A DNA stretch of 29,312 nt from Candidatus Latescibacterota bacterium (GTDB taxonomy: Bacteria > Latescibacterota > UBA2968 > UBA8231): contig CBDBIJ010000113.1 of NCBI GenBank assembly GCA_965205655.1, forward strand, positions 1 through 29,312. The letters run 5' to 3'. The notes under the pieces were generated by a model that was not told the origin of the DNA, ran no database searches, and saw only the letters and a list, made by a program, of their open reading frames with translations. The translations under genes were made by a program, and so were the position numbers. Positions 1 through 9,152 of the stretch are shown piece by piece. How positions within the stretch are numbered: the first letter of the stretch is position 1; each line of letters opens with the position of its first letter.

Positions 1-1
1 C

Positions 2-58
2 GAGTTCAACCTGCCCCTCGATGACGATCTTTTCACGCTTCGTGGCCTGCGCAAATAG
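2..58 (+). CDS. C-terminal fragment of a probable outer-membrane lipoprotein-sorting (LolA-like) protein; partial, runs off the window start
   Basis: Frame 2 reads EFNLPLDDDLFTLRGLRK* (TAG 56-58). This resembles the 'FN..L.d..FT...L' ending of LolA-like proteins that usually accompany paired LolC/E-type permeases. Only 18 codons are visible. Confidence 0.55.
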   Translation, partial: EFNLPLDDDLFTLRGLRK

Positions 59-67
59 GATCCGTTC

Positions 68-1297
68 GTGAATGCCTCCAGAATCGCATGGCGCAACATC
101 ATGCGGAAGCCGCGGCGCACTGCGGTGACCATGGCTGCCGTGGCGTTGAACACGGCAGTGCTGATCTTCAGCTATGCAATGATGGATGGGATGATCGCCC
201 AGTTGATGCACAGCTCTACCCACACTCACGTGGGCGACGTGCAGCTGCACGCGCCCGGCTACCTGGCTGATCGCTCGATCTACAAGAGCCTCCCAGAGCC
301 GCAGGCGCTCAGAGAGACGGCCGAGAAAGCCGGCCTCGGCGTCACCTCGCGCAGCTTCGGTTTTGGCCTCGTATCGAGCGGGGCCAAGTCCGCCGGGGCG
401 AGCTACTGGGGTATCGATCCGGTGGCGGAGAAGCGCACCTTCGAGATGGCGGGGAAGCTCGAGAAGGGCGCGTTCTTGAGATCAGTCCCCCAGTCGCAGG
501 TCGTGATCGGGCGCAGGCTTGCCCGGAGCCTGAACGCCGAAATCGGCTCGGAACTCGTGGCCGTGGTGCAGGCAGCGGACGGATCGCTGGGCAACGAGCT
601 CTACACAGTCGTCGGCATTCTGAAGAGCGTCGGCGAAGAGATCGACCGCGGTGGCATCCTCATGCACCGCGATGATTTTGACCGCCTGTTCGCCGCCGGT
701 GGCCGGGTGCACGAGATTGCGCTGCTCGGCGATGGCGGCGCCGTGCCGGAAGAGATCGCCGCCCTGTACGCCGAGCAGCAGGAGTTGCAGTCGGTGGTGG
801 CCGATACCTGGCGCGAACTTCTGCCGACGCTGAACGACATGCTCAACCTTTCCGATGCGTCCATGGGGATCTTCGCTTTCGTTTTTCTACTCGCCGCGGG
901 GTTAGGTGTTCTCAACACTATGTTCATGGCCACTCACGACCGCGTGCGCGAATTCGGGATGCTGAAGGCGCTCGGTACGGCGCCGCTCCGCATCGTTCGG
1001 GACGTTCTCGCGGAAGCGCTGGTGCTCGGTGTGGCAGCCTCTCTGATAGGTGCCCTGCTCGGAAGTGCGGTGAGTCTGTATTACGAGACGACCGGCGGTA
1101 TGGATCTGACGCGCTGGCAGGGCGAATCACTGACCATGTCCGGTGTGCCGATCGAAGCGATCTATCAGTTCGATCTACTGCCGGAGCGAGTCGCTACAGC
1201 CGTGGTCTCGATGTGCCTGATGTGCGTGGTGGCCTGCCTCTACCCCGCCGTAAAGGCCGCGCGGCTCGACCCGGTAAAAGCGATGACGCAGCAGTGA
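68..1297 (+). CDS. ABC transporter permease, LolC/E / MacB-FtsX family
   Basis: N-terminal 'RIAWRNIMRKPRRT' followed by a TM segment and a large periplasmic domain. The FtsX domain carries 'LNTMFMATHDRVREFGMLKALG', and the protein ends 'YPAVKAARLDPVKAM'. Confidence 0.93.
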   Translation: MNASRIAWRNIMRKPRRTAVTMAAVALNTAVLIFSYAMMDGMIAQLMHSSTHTHVGDVQLHAPGYLADRSIYKSLPEPQALRETAEKAGLGVTSRSFGFGLVSSGAKSAGASYWGIDPVAEKRTFEMAGKLEKGAFLRSVPQSQVVIGRRLARSLNAEIGSELVAVVQAADGSLGNELYTVVGILKSVGEEIDRGGILMHRDDFDRLFAAGGRVHEIALLGDGGAVPEEIAALYAEQQELQSVVADTWRELLPTLNDMLNLSDASMGIFAFVFLLAAGLGVLNTMFMATHDRVREFGMLKALGTAPLRIVRDVLAEALVLGVAASLIGALLGSAVSLYYETTGGMDLTRWQGESLTMSGVPIEAIYQFDLLPERVATAVVSMCLMCVVACLYPAVKAARLDPVKAMTQQ

Positions 1298-1311
1298 GAG
1301 TGAACCCGCTG

Positions 1312-2553
1312 ATGGAAACCACTTTCGTTGTTCTGAAGATTTCGTGGCGCAGCATCTGGCGCAACAGGCGCCGCACGTGGATCACCCTCAGCGCCATCGC
1401 CTTCGGATTGGCCCTCGCAGTTTTCTTCATCGCCTTCGCCGACGGTGTCTACAACCAGTTGATCGGCGACGCCACCCGCATACAGGGCGGTCATTTTACG
1501 CTGGAGCACCCGGAATATCGCGATGCTCCGGGAGTGGACCTGTTTCTCGGAGATGTCGCCGAGCGACGCGCCAGGATCGAGGCAATCGAGGGGGTGGCGG
1601 GAACGAAGGCCCTGGTACTGGGTCAGGGAGTCGCCAAGTCGGGCAGCGGCGCCGTGGGTGTGGCGGTGATGGGAGTAGAGCCGTCGATAGAGGCAAAGAC
1701 CTCTCCGCTCGCGAGGAAGATGACGGCGGGAGCGTTCCTCGAAGACGGCGACAGGCGGAAGGTCGTGATCGGCACGAAGCTCGCCGAGCGACTCAGGCTC
1801 GAGGTCGGCAAGAAACTCGTCATCACCACAAACGATTCCTCCGGCGAAATCGTTGAAGAGCTCTTCAGGGTCAAGGGAACCTTCGAGCTCGGCTCGGACG
1901 AGGTAGACGCCTACATGGTCCAGATTCCGCTGGGATTCGCGCAAAAACTCTACGGCCTGGGCGACGACGACGCTACTCAGCTGGCCGTGCTGCTCGCAGA
2001 TGCAGACAGCCGGCCGGCTGTGATGGCTGCAGCGAGAGAGTTCATCCCCGATGGGGTAGCACTGCGCACGTGGGAGGAGGTGATGCCGGACCTGGCCAAC
2101 TACATTCGCGTCGACCGCGGCGGCAATCGGATCCTCCAGGGTATCGTCGTCTTCCTGAGCCTGTTCACGATATTCAACACGATCCTGATGTCGGTGCTGG
2201 AACGCACCAGCGAGCTAGCGATGCAGCTGGCCCTAGGGGTCTCCGCTTCTCTGTTGCGCGTACAGATAGTAGTCGAATCCGCCCTGCTCGGATCCCTCGG
2301 GAGCTCGCTCGGCGTATTTCTGGGTGGGGCTCTGGGCTACTGGATGCAGGTCGAGGGGCTGGACATCTCGCGGTTCTACGGCGAAGGGGTCGACGTTTCC
2401 GGCTTTGCCATCGACACGATCGTTCACGCAGACGTCACGCTCGAACTCCTCGTTTCGATGTGGCTCACTGTTTTCTCTGCCACGATAGTGCTGAGCCTGA
2501 TCCCGGGACGGCAGATCTCGAAGATCGCCGTGGCCGATGCTCTGCGTGGGTAG
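1312..2553 (+). CDS. Second ABC transporter permease, LolC/E / MacB-FtsX family
   Basis: Motifs 'KISWRSIWRNRRRTWIT' and 'FNTILMSVLERTSELAMQLALG', ending 'IAVADALRG'. The start is likely ATG 1312 (or GTG 1300), not 1213, which overlaps the previous gene. Confidence 0.92.
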   Translation: METTFVVLKISWRSIWRNRRRTWITLSAIAFGLALAVFFIAFADGVYNQLIGDATRIQGGHFTLEHPEYRDAPGVDLFLGDVAERRARIEAIEGVAGTKALVLGQGVAKSGSGAVGVAVMGVEPSIEAKTSPLARKMTAGAFLEDGDRRKVVIGTKLAERLRLEVGKKLVITTNDSSGEIVEELFRVKGTFELGSDEVDAYMVQIPLGFAQKLYGLGDDDATQLAVLLADADSRPAVMAAAREFIPDGVALRTWEEVMPDLANYIRVDRGGNRILQGIVVFLSLFTIFNTILMSVLERTSELAMQLALGVSASLLRVQIVVESALLGSLGSSLGVFLGGALGYWMQVEGLDISRFYGEGVDVSGFAIDTIVHADVTLELLVSMWLTVFSATIVLSLIPGRQISKIAVADALRG

Positions 2554-2562
2554 GGGACTGCG

Positions 2563-3270
2563 ATGACTGATTCGATCGTGCGGCTTGAAGGGGTCGAAAA
2601 GGACTACGGGGAAGGGGAAGTGGTGACCCGTGCCCTCAGGGATGTCGATATAGAGATCCGCGTCGGAGAATTTGTCGCCGTCGCCGGTCCCTCCGGTTCC
2701 GGCAAGAGCACGCTACTCAACATCATGAGCGGGTTGGACCGACCTACCGCCGGCAGGGTGTTCGCCGATGGCGAGGATATCACCGGCTACTCCAGCGGTC
2801 GACTGAGCGAGCTGCGCCTGCGCCGCATCGGCTTCGTCTTTCAGGCGTATAATCTCATCCCCGTGCTCACAGCCTACGAGAACGCCGAGTATATCCTCAT
2901 GCTCCAGGGTGTGCATTTGAAACAGCGGCGGGCGAAGGTGATGGGACTGCTCGAGCAAGTCGGACTCGGCGGCATGGAAGATCGCTTCCCTCGGGAGCTC
3001 TCCGGTGGTCAGCAGCAGCGCGTCGCCATCGCCCGGGCCATCGCCTCGGCCCCGGCTCTCGTCCTGGCCGATGAGCCCACGGCAAACGTCGATCAGGCGA
3101 CGGCATCCTCGCTGCTGGACCTGATGGCTCAGCTGAACGAGGACCGGGGCGTCACCTTCCTGTTCGCCTCACACGACCAGAACGTTATCGATCGGGCGCG
3201 ACGGTTGCTGACTCTCACCGATGGCAGAATCACGAGCGATACGTCTTCAACCAGCGAATCGATGGGATGA
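2563..3270 (+). CDS. ABC transporter ATP-binding protein, LolD/MacB-like
   Basis: Walker A GPSGSGKS, Q-loop GFVFQAYNL, signature LSGGQQQRVAIARA, Walker B LVLADEPT, H-loop ASHD. Confidence 0.96.
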   Translation: MTDSIVRLEGVEKDYGEGEVVTRALRDVDIEIRVGEFVAVAGPSGSGKSTLLNIMSGLDRPTAGRVFADGEDITGYSSGRLSELRLRRIGFVFQAYNLIPVLTAYENAEYILMLQGVHLKQRRAKVMGLLEQVGLGGMEDRFPRELSGGQQQRVAIARAIASAPALVLADEPTANVDQATASSLLDLMAQLNEDRGVTFLFASHDQNVIDRARRLLTLTDGRITSDTSSTSESMG

Positions 3271-4559
3271 GGCCGATCCGAGTCTTCGTGCTGCCGCTGG
3301 CGCTCGGCTGGCCGGCGGCCGCGGTTGCCATCACCGAGCTTGGCGACAGCTGGCTGACTCTCGATGGCAACCTGCGCGCCACGACTGTGGCCACGCAGAA
3401 TTACGACCAAGACGTCGTCTGGGGCAGAGACAACGGCTCGGACGGGCAGACAGACGTGGCCCTGCGCCTGGTCGCCACCGGTCGTCCTCGCGATCTCGTG
3501 CGCTGGGAGATGCACGTCGTACAGCGTTTGACATTGATCACCTCCCCGAGCGCCCCGGCCGGCTCGTCGACTCTTTTCGGTGCGAGCGGCAGTGCGATTC
3601 CGTACCGCACGGTGGACACCCGATGGGAGTGGGGGAAAGGCGAAGACGTCAACGCCTGGGTCTACCTGGATCGCGCCAACGTGAAGCTCGGCCTAGCCCA
3701 GGCAGACGTCATCATCGGTCGACAGGCGATCACCTTCGGCAAAGTCTACTTCTGGAATCCACTCGACGTTTTCCTCGCTTTCGGTGCCACCCAGTTCGAT
3801 CGCGACTACAAAGCCGGTGTGGACGCCCTGCGCGTGGATGTGCCCGTTGGCGATTTCTCCGGCGCCACCCTCATCGGTGTGCCGGGCCATGTGGAAGCAG
3901 AGAGCCCGGCGCACACCGCTGATGAGAGCCTTTGGTACCGCAGCGCGCTGATGGCGAGGGTCTACTCGAACTTGCGCGAATGGGACGTCGCCGCGCAGGG
4001 CGGCAAGATTCTCGGCGGACATCAGATCGGAGGTGCCGTCGCCGGGGAGCTGGGCAGTGTAGAGGTACGTGGCGAAGCGGCCTGGTTTGCTGCTCAGGAC
4101 GAAGGGTTACCGACAGGCGTGTTGCCTGCTCCCGTGATCGAGGACCATCTATCGGCGGTGGCCGGCACGGGCTGCAGCCTTGTCGGCGGCGACCTCCAGC
4201 TGCAGGCTGAGTACTATTACAACGGCGCCGCCCGAGGTCTGCGCCGCGAGCGCTTCGCGCTGATCGCCGCCGGGCATCTGCAGCATGTAAACCGCCACAT
4301 GGTCGGTTCTGTCGCGACGTATCAGCTGCACCCCCTCCTCTTTGGATCCCTCGCCGCCTTATGGGGACTGTCGGATAGCTCGGGGCTGCTGCAACCTGGG
4401 CTGGTGTACTCAGCTGCCGATGAGGTCGATGTGGTCGCGGGGGCAGTCGTAGCTTGGGGTCTGCGGCCGACCGGAACAACGGTTGACGATTTCAGATTCC
4501 GCAGTGAATTCGGGACGTATCCAAATTTCTACTATTTAGAGACCAAAGTTTATTTTTAG
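3267..4559 (+). CDS. Uncharacterised exported protein, probable outer-membrane beta-barrel
   Basis: Signal peptide (MRPIRVFVLPLALGWPAAAVA), 'IGRQAITFGKVYFWNPLD' motif, alternating amphipathic strands and a C-terminal Phe (YYLETKVYF). ATGA overlap with the ATPase stop. Confidence 0.8.
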   Translation: MRPIRVFVLPLALGWPAAAVAITELGDSWLTLDGNLRATTVATQNYDQDVVWGRDNGSDGQTDVALRLVATGRPRDLVRWEMHVVQRLTLITSPSAPAGSSTLFGASGSAIPYRTVDTRWEWGKGEDVNAWVYLDRANVKLGLAQADVIIGRQAITFGKVYFWNPLDVFLAFGATQFDRDYKAGVDALRVDVPVGDFSGATLIGVPGHVEAESPAHTADESLWYRSALMARVYSNLREWDVAAQGGKILGGHQIGGAVAGELGSVEVRGEAAWFAAQDEGLPTGVLPAPVIEDHLSAVAGTGCSLVGGDLQLQAEYYYNGAARGLRRERFALIAAGHLQHVNRHMVGSVATYQLHPLLFGSLAALWGLSDSSGLLQPGLVYSAADEVDVVAGAVVAWGLRPTGTTVDDFRFRSEFGTYPNFYYLETKVYF

Positions 4560-4571
4560 GAGGAAGAAAAA

Positions 4572-4922
4572 ATGACCAGTGGAGCGCATTCGGTCATCTA
4601 TAGCGAGAATCCCGAGGCGGATCGCGCCTTTTTCCGAGACGTTCTCGGTCTCCCGAACGTTGACGTCGGCGACGGGTGGCTGATCTTCGGGCTGCCCCCG
4701 GCAGAGGTGGCTGTTCACCCATCGGACCAAAACAACGTGCAAGAACTCTATCTCATGTGCGATGATATAGAGGCATTCGTGGAAGAGATGGCCGGGCGAA
4801 AGGTCGCCTGCGATCCAGTCGAAGACCAGGGGTGGGGGTTGCTCTCGCGCGTTGCGCTACCGGGTGGTGGACAGATTGGCGTTTATCAACCGCGACATGA
4901 ACGCCCGAGTGCCCCTGAATGA
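4572..4922 (+). CDS. VOC / glyoxalase / extradiol dioxygenase-like family protein
   Basis: Motifs 'GAHSVIYSENPEADRAFFRDVLG', 'GWLIFGLPPAEVAVHP', 'LYLMCDDI', 'DQGWG' and 'LPGGGQIGVYQPRH'. Strong RBS AGGAGG upstream. Confidence 0.88.
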   Translation: MTSGAHSVIYSENPEADRAFFRDVLGLPNVDVGDGWLIFGLPPAEVAVHPSDQNNVQELYLMCDDIEAFVEEMAGRKVACDPVEDQGWGLLSRVALPGGGQIGVYQPRHERPSAPE

Positions 4923-4943
4923 ACCGATGGTCCGATCGCTCGC

Positions 4944-5238
4944 TCAGCCGGCCGGCAGGCGATACTTCGATGAAGGCGATGATGATCGCCGCGACCGTTC
5001 CGCTGATCCCGATCATGACCATGAGGTTGTGGCGCAGATCGCGGCGCACCTCCGCGAACTGTTGCGCCACTTCATTGCGAAAATCAGAGAACTCCTTGCG
5101 GTGACTGGTGAACTCCTGTGCAACGTCCCTGCGGAACTCGCGCATGTCCTGCTTAACGTCCTGCAGATCCTCGCGAAGGTAGGAAATGCCCCAGTGCATG
5201 TCTTCTGGCGAAGGTGGGGTTGATTGCGTATCGGCCAT
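4944..5238 (-). CDS. Small coiled-coil protein with C-terminal membrane anchor (CCDC90/DUF1640-like architecture); contains an apparent +1 error near 4966
   Basis: RBS CAGGAG precedes ATG 5238, followed by a coiled-coil stalk and TM 'LMVMIGISGTVAAIIIAFI'. Removing one base (GAAGTAT to GAGTAT on the minus strand) gives ...IEYRLPAG* with stop at 4944-4946, a 97-aa protein. This also removes the 170-nt overlap with the VOC gene. Confidence 0.7.
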
Positions 5239-5435
5239 CGCTGTCTCCTGACAGATAGAGGTGGACCGCTAGATGGCCAAGTCCAGAGAAACTATCGTGC
5301 CAGCCCAGGACCAGAGTGTGAGCCGTGACCACCCGCGGCCATCCGTGGAGAGGATGCCTCACCTGCGTGAACAAATGATCACACACTGCATGGGAGCGCA
5401 AGCTCACCGGGTCTTCACCAATTCTTCCTTCCACC

Positions 5436-5708
5436 TCACGCACCCCCGGCAATCGCGGGCAAGAAGTGGACCTCGCTCTGTTCCCCCACTTTCTCGAGGA
5501 GTCCCAACTCGCCAGTCACCCCGTCGACGGTGACCGCCAGGCCGCGGGCAATCGTGTCGCGCTCGGGGTCGTAGAGTCTGGGCTTGATCCCGGGGAATCG
5601 AGTTTCCAGCTCATCGATGACCTGTCGGACCGTCGTTCCAGCGACTACGACCTGCTTCAGGCCACCCGTTAGCGGCTGAAGTCGAGTCGGTACCCAAACA
5701 AGCGCCAT
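5436..5708 (-). CDS. MoaD/ThiS family ubiquitin-like sulfur carrier protein
   Basis: 90 aa with beta-grasp pattern 'GTTVRQVIDELETRFPGI' and C-terminal 'VHFLPAIAGG-A'. Lies 8 nt downstream of a molybdoenzyme gene. Confidence 0.88.
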   Translation of the reverse strand: MALVWVPTRLQPLTGGLKQVVVAGTTVRQVIDELETRFPGIKPRLYDPERDTIARGLAVTVDGVTGELGLLEKVGEQSEVHFLPAIAGGA

Positions 5709-5716
5709 CGCCGAAC

Positions 5717-8021
5717 TCAGGCTCCTCCGCCAGCAGTCTCGGCAGCGGGCTTGTCCAAGCTGTGACGCGATATCGCCGCCAGCACATCCGGAGGTTTCAT
5801 CGGCAGTTCGTTCATGCGCACACCGATGGCCGCGTAGACGGCATTGGCCATCGCAGCCAGGGGTGGTACGATCGGTACCTCGCCGACGCCGCGCACCCCG
5901 AAGGGATGATTCGGGTTGGCGACTTCGACGATCACTGTGTCGATCATTGGCAGGTCGAGACTCGTCGGCATGCGGTAGTCAAGAAAAGTCGGGTTCTCCA
6001 TCACTCCGTCGTCGTTCGTGAAGTATTCCTCATTCAAGGCCCACCCCACGCCCTGGGCTACCGCACCCTGCATCTGCCCCTCCACGTAGCTTGGATGAAT
6101 CGCCTTGCCGGCGTCCTGGAGAGCCGTATAGCGCAGCACCGTCACCTTGCCCGTCTCGGGATCCACCTCGACATCGACGATGTGGGTCGCTATCGTCGGT
6201 CCCGCTCCTGAGGGGTTGACGCCGGCGCGGCCGACGATAGCTCCTCCGGTGGCCGCCGCCCTCAACGCGATCTCCTCGATCGCAAGCTGTTGGTCTCCAC
6301 CGTTGTCGCGATGCAGAACACCATCGAGGTATCGTACCTGACCGGCGTCGCATTCCCAGATGAGGGCAGCGCGCTCGATCAGCTGCCGCTTCACGTCCTC
6401 GGCGGCGGTAATCGCAGCGAACCCCGTCTTGAAGGCGACGCCACTGCCGCCCGTGTTCGAGGTGAACCCCACCGAGTCAGTGTCAACGACCTCGGGCCGA
6501 ACATCATCCGCGGAAAGACCTAGCGTCTCGGCGAACTGTTGCGCCACAGCGGTACGCGAACCGCCGATGTCTGGCGAGCCCTCGGCCAGATGTACGGTGC
6601 CGTCGGGATTGAGGACGGCTACCGCGCTCGACGGGCCGCTGCCATTGCTCCAGTAGCCGCTGGCGACACCGCGGCCGCGCCAGCGTCCTTCGAGAGGGGC
6701 TGAATAGTGCGGATGCTGGCGCGCAGCCTCCAGCACGTCGGCAAAACCTACCTTTTGCAGGGCCACCCCCGATATCAATCGGGTCCCTTCCCGGGCGCAG
6801 TTCCTCAGGCGCAACTCGATCGGGTCCACGTCGAGCTGCTCGGCCAACTCGTCGAGGGCCGTCTCCATGGCGTAGGCAGCAGCGGGTGTGCCTGGCGCTC
6901 GGTACGCCGATGTCTTCGGTCGGTTGACGACCACGTCAAACCCTTCGATGCGAGCATTGGGGATATCGTACGGCGAGAACATGCACCTCGCCCCTCCCCC
7001 CACGGACGACCCGGGGAAGCCCCCCGCCTCGTAGACCAGACAGGCCGACGCCGCTGTCAGACGGCCATCTCGCGTCGCCCCCAGCTTCACGTCGATGGTC
7101 GTGCCCGATGTCGGTCCCGTTCCCTCGAACACCTCCGTCCGTGTCATAGAAATCTTCACCGGCGCCATCGCCTGGCGCGCCAGCAGCGCCGCTACCGGCT
7201 CGACATAAGCCCGCAGTTTGGCGCCAAAGCCTCCGCCGATCTCCAAAGGCACGGCACGCACCCGCGATACAGGTACGGCGCAGACTTTCGCCGTCAGGTC
7301 CCTCACCGAAAAGTGTCCCTGACTGCTGCTCCACACGGCCAACCGACCATCCTCGTGCCACATGGCCGTGCCGGCATGGGGCTCTATGTATCCCTGATGG
7401 ACGGCACCTGTACGGGTCTGCTTTTCCACAATGAGTTCGGCACGCGCAAATCCGTGATCCACATCGCCGATTTCATCCTGGAAGTGGTTGGCCACGTTCG
7501 GCGGCCATACCTCCAGACCGATGCTCTCCGGGTCCATAGTCGCCTGCAAGCTCTCGTGTAGAATCGGCGCGTCGTCAGCCATGGCATCTTCAGCGCGCAG
7601 CACGACAGGGAGTAGCTCATACTCCACCTCGATCAGGTCCAGTGCCTCTGCGGCCATATGCTGATTGGCCGCCGCTATAGCAGCGACGGCGTGTCCCTTG
7701 TACAACACTTTGTCCCGAGCCATCAGGTTTAGCAGCTGGAAGCTGGCCGGCGGCTCTCCCGGATCGGGGAAGTCACCGGCCGTGACCACCGCCCTCACTC
7801 CTGCCGCTGTCCGTGCTCCGTCGGTATCGATTCGCAGGATCCGAAGCGTGCGCGTGCGGGCTGCGCAGGATGGCGCCGTGCAGCATGCCCGGCAGCACCA
7901 TGTCGGCACCGTAGCGCGCTTTGCCGGTGACTTTGTCGGCACCGTCATGGCGGATCGGGCGCTTGCCGACTACTCGGTACTCAATCGTCGACAGTACAGC
8001 GTTTGGTTCGTAGTCAGTCAT
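5717..8021 (-). CDS. Xanthine dehydrogenase / aldehyde oxidase family molybdopterin-binding (large) subunit; apparent +1 frameshift near 7844
   Basis: ATG 8021 follows GGAG. The N-terminus 'VVGKRPIRHDGADKVTGKARYGAD...ILRSPHAHA' (7773..8180 frame) joins 'RILRIDT' (5717..7948 frame) when one extra base is removed, giving 767 aa. Motifs HQGYIEPH, GGGFGAK, AYRAPG, EGQMQG, GVGEVP. Confidence 0.92.
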
Positions 8022-8230
8022 CCAATCACTCTCCGTGAGTATCGCGCCTTCCCGGGGCGCGTGTGAAAGATGCCTCCGCCGGAGGCGGCGGGTCAACCGG
8101 GCGCGGTCTTTCAGCTGGGACGGGCTCCGAGTATATTCATGCCCCCGAACAGAAGCAGGAGAACAAACCACAACCGGCATAACCTCGTTGGAGTGATACC
8201 CTCATCATATTCGAGGCAGGAGATAATGAT

Positions 8231-9112
8231 ATGATCCAGAAATTACCATTTGGCAGGACGGGTCACGACAGCACACGGACCCTCTTCGGCGGCGCCGCAT
8301 TCAAGCCCACGACCGAGCAGGATGTGTCGGACCGCACCCTGGAGGTGTTGCTCGAATACGGGGTCAATCACATCGACACGGCCCGCAGCTACGGCCGCGG
8401 CAACTCGGAGACTCTGATAGGCACCTGGATGGGCAACCACCGCGACAAGTTCTTTCTGGCGACGAAGACCGGCCATCGCACCAGAGAAGGTGCCGAGGAA
8501 CAACTCGCCACGTCCTTTGAACAACTGCAAGTTGACCAGATCGACCTGATCCAGATGCACGGCCTGACCAAAGAGGAAGACTGGGAGACGGCAATGGGCC
8601 CTGACGGCGCGCTGGAGGCGTTGGTAGCGGCGCGCGATCGCGGCCAGGTGCGTTTCATCGGGGTAACCGGACATGGCCTGGTCACACCCAGCATGCATAC
8701 AAGGAGTCTCGAGCGGTTTCCGTTCGACTCCGTTCTGTTCCCATACAATTATATTCTGGCGCAGGACAGCGAGTATGATGAGGATGTCCAGCGGCTGATA
8801 GAGCTTTGCGCCGAGCGTCAGGTGGCCGTGCAGATCATCAAGTCTATCGCTCGGCGTCCATGGGGGGAGCGGGAGCAGACCCGGGATCCCTGGTACGAAC
8901 CTCTGGAGGAGCCGGAGGATATTCAGAGGGCTGTAGACTTTGTGTTCAGCATGGGCGATGTGTTCATCAACGCGGTGTCTGACGTGAATGTTCTGCCGCA
9001 CGTGTTGGACGCGGCAGGTCGCACAGGGCCGTGTCCACCCGATGCTGATATGGCAGAGATGGCCCTGCGCATGGAGATGGCCACCATCTTCGAGGAACGC
9101 GAAACCGTATAG
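8231..9112 (+). CDS. Aldo/keto reductase family oxidoreductase
   Basis: 'FGRTG', 'GVNHIDTARSYG', 'LATKTG', 'IDLIQMH' supply the Asp-Tyr-Lys-His tetrad; also 'VRFIGVTGH'. RBS CAGGAG. Confidence 0.93.
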   Translation: MIQKLPFGRTGHDSTRTLFGGAAFKPTTEQDVSDRTLEVLLEYGVNHIDTARSYGRGNSETLIGTWMGNHRDKFFLATKTGHRTREGAEEQLATSFEQLQVDQIDLIQMHGLTKEEDWETAMGPDGALEALVAARDRGQVRFIGVTGHGLVTPSMHTRSLERFPFDSVLFPYNYILAQDSEYDEDVQRLIELCAERQVAVQIIKSIARRPWGEREQTRDPWYEPLEEPEDIQRAVDFVFSMGDVFINAVSDVNVLPHVLDAAGRTGPCPPDADMAEMALRMEMATIFEERETV

Positions 9113-9152
9113 AGAGCTGGTTCGAGAAATGGCGATCGAAGAGGTGCCGATT

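Noticed and set aside
5239..5435. Short ORFs and a GTGA-N8-TCAC CRP-like site in the intergenic gap
   Set aside because: The ORFs overlap real genes and lack motifs; the spacing does not fit the TGTGA-N6-TCACA consensus.
5717..8021. Aerobic CO dehydrogenase CoxL
   Set aside because: The active-site loop is AYRAPG, not AYxCSFR or AYRGAGR, and there are no coxM/coxS neighbours.
8022..8230. Possible Moco riboswitch upstream of the molybdoenzyme
   Set aside because: Only short GC-rich hairpins (GCCTCC-GCC-GGAGGC; CGCGCC-N7-GGCGCG) are present. I could not match the Moco RNA consensus by eye; an Rfam covariance search would settle it.
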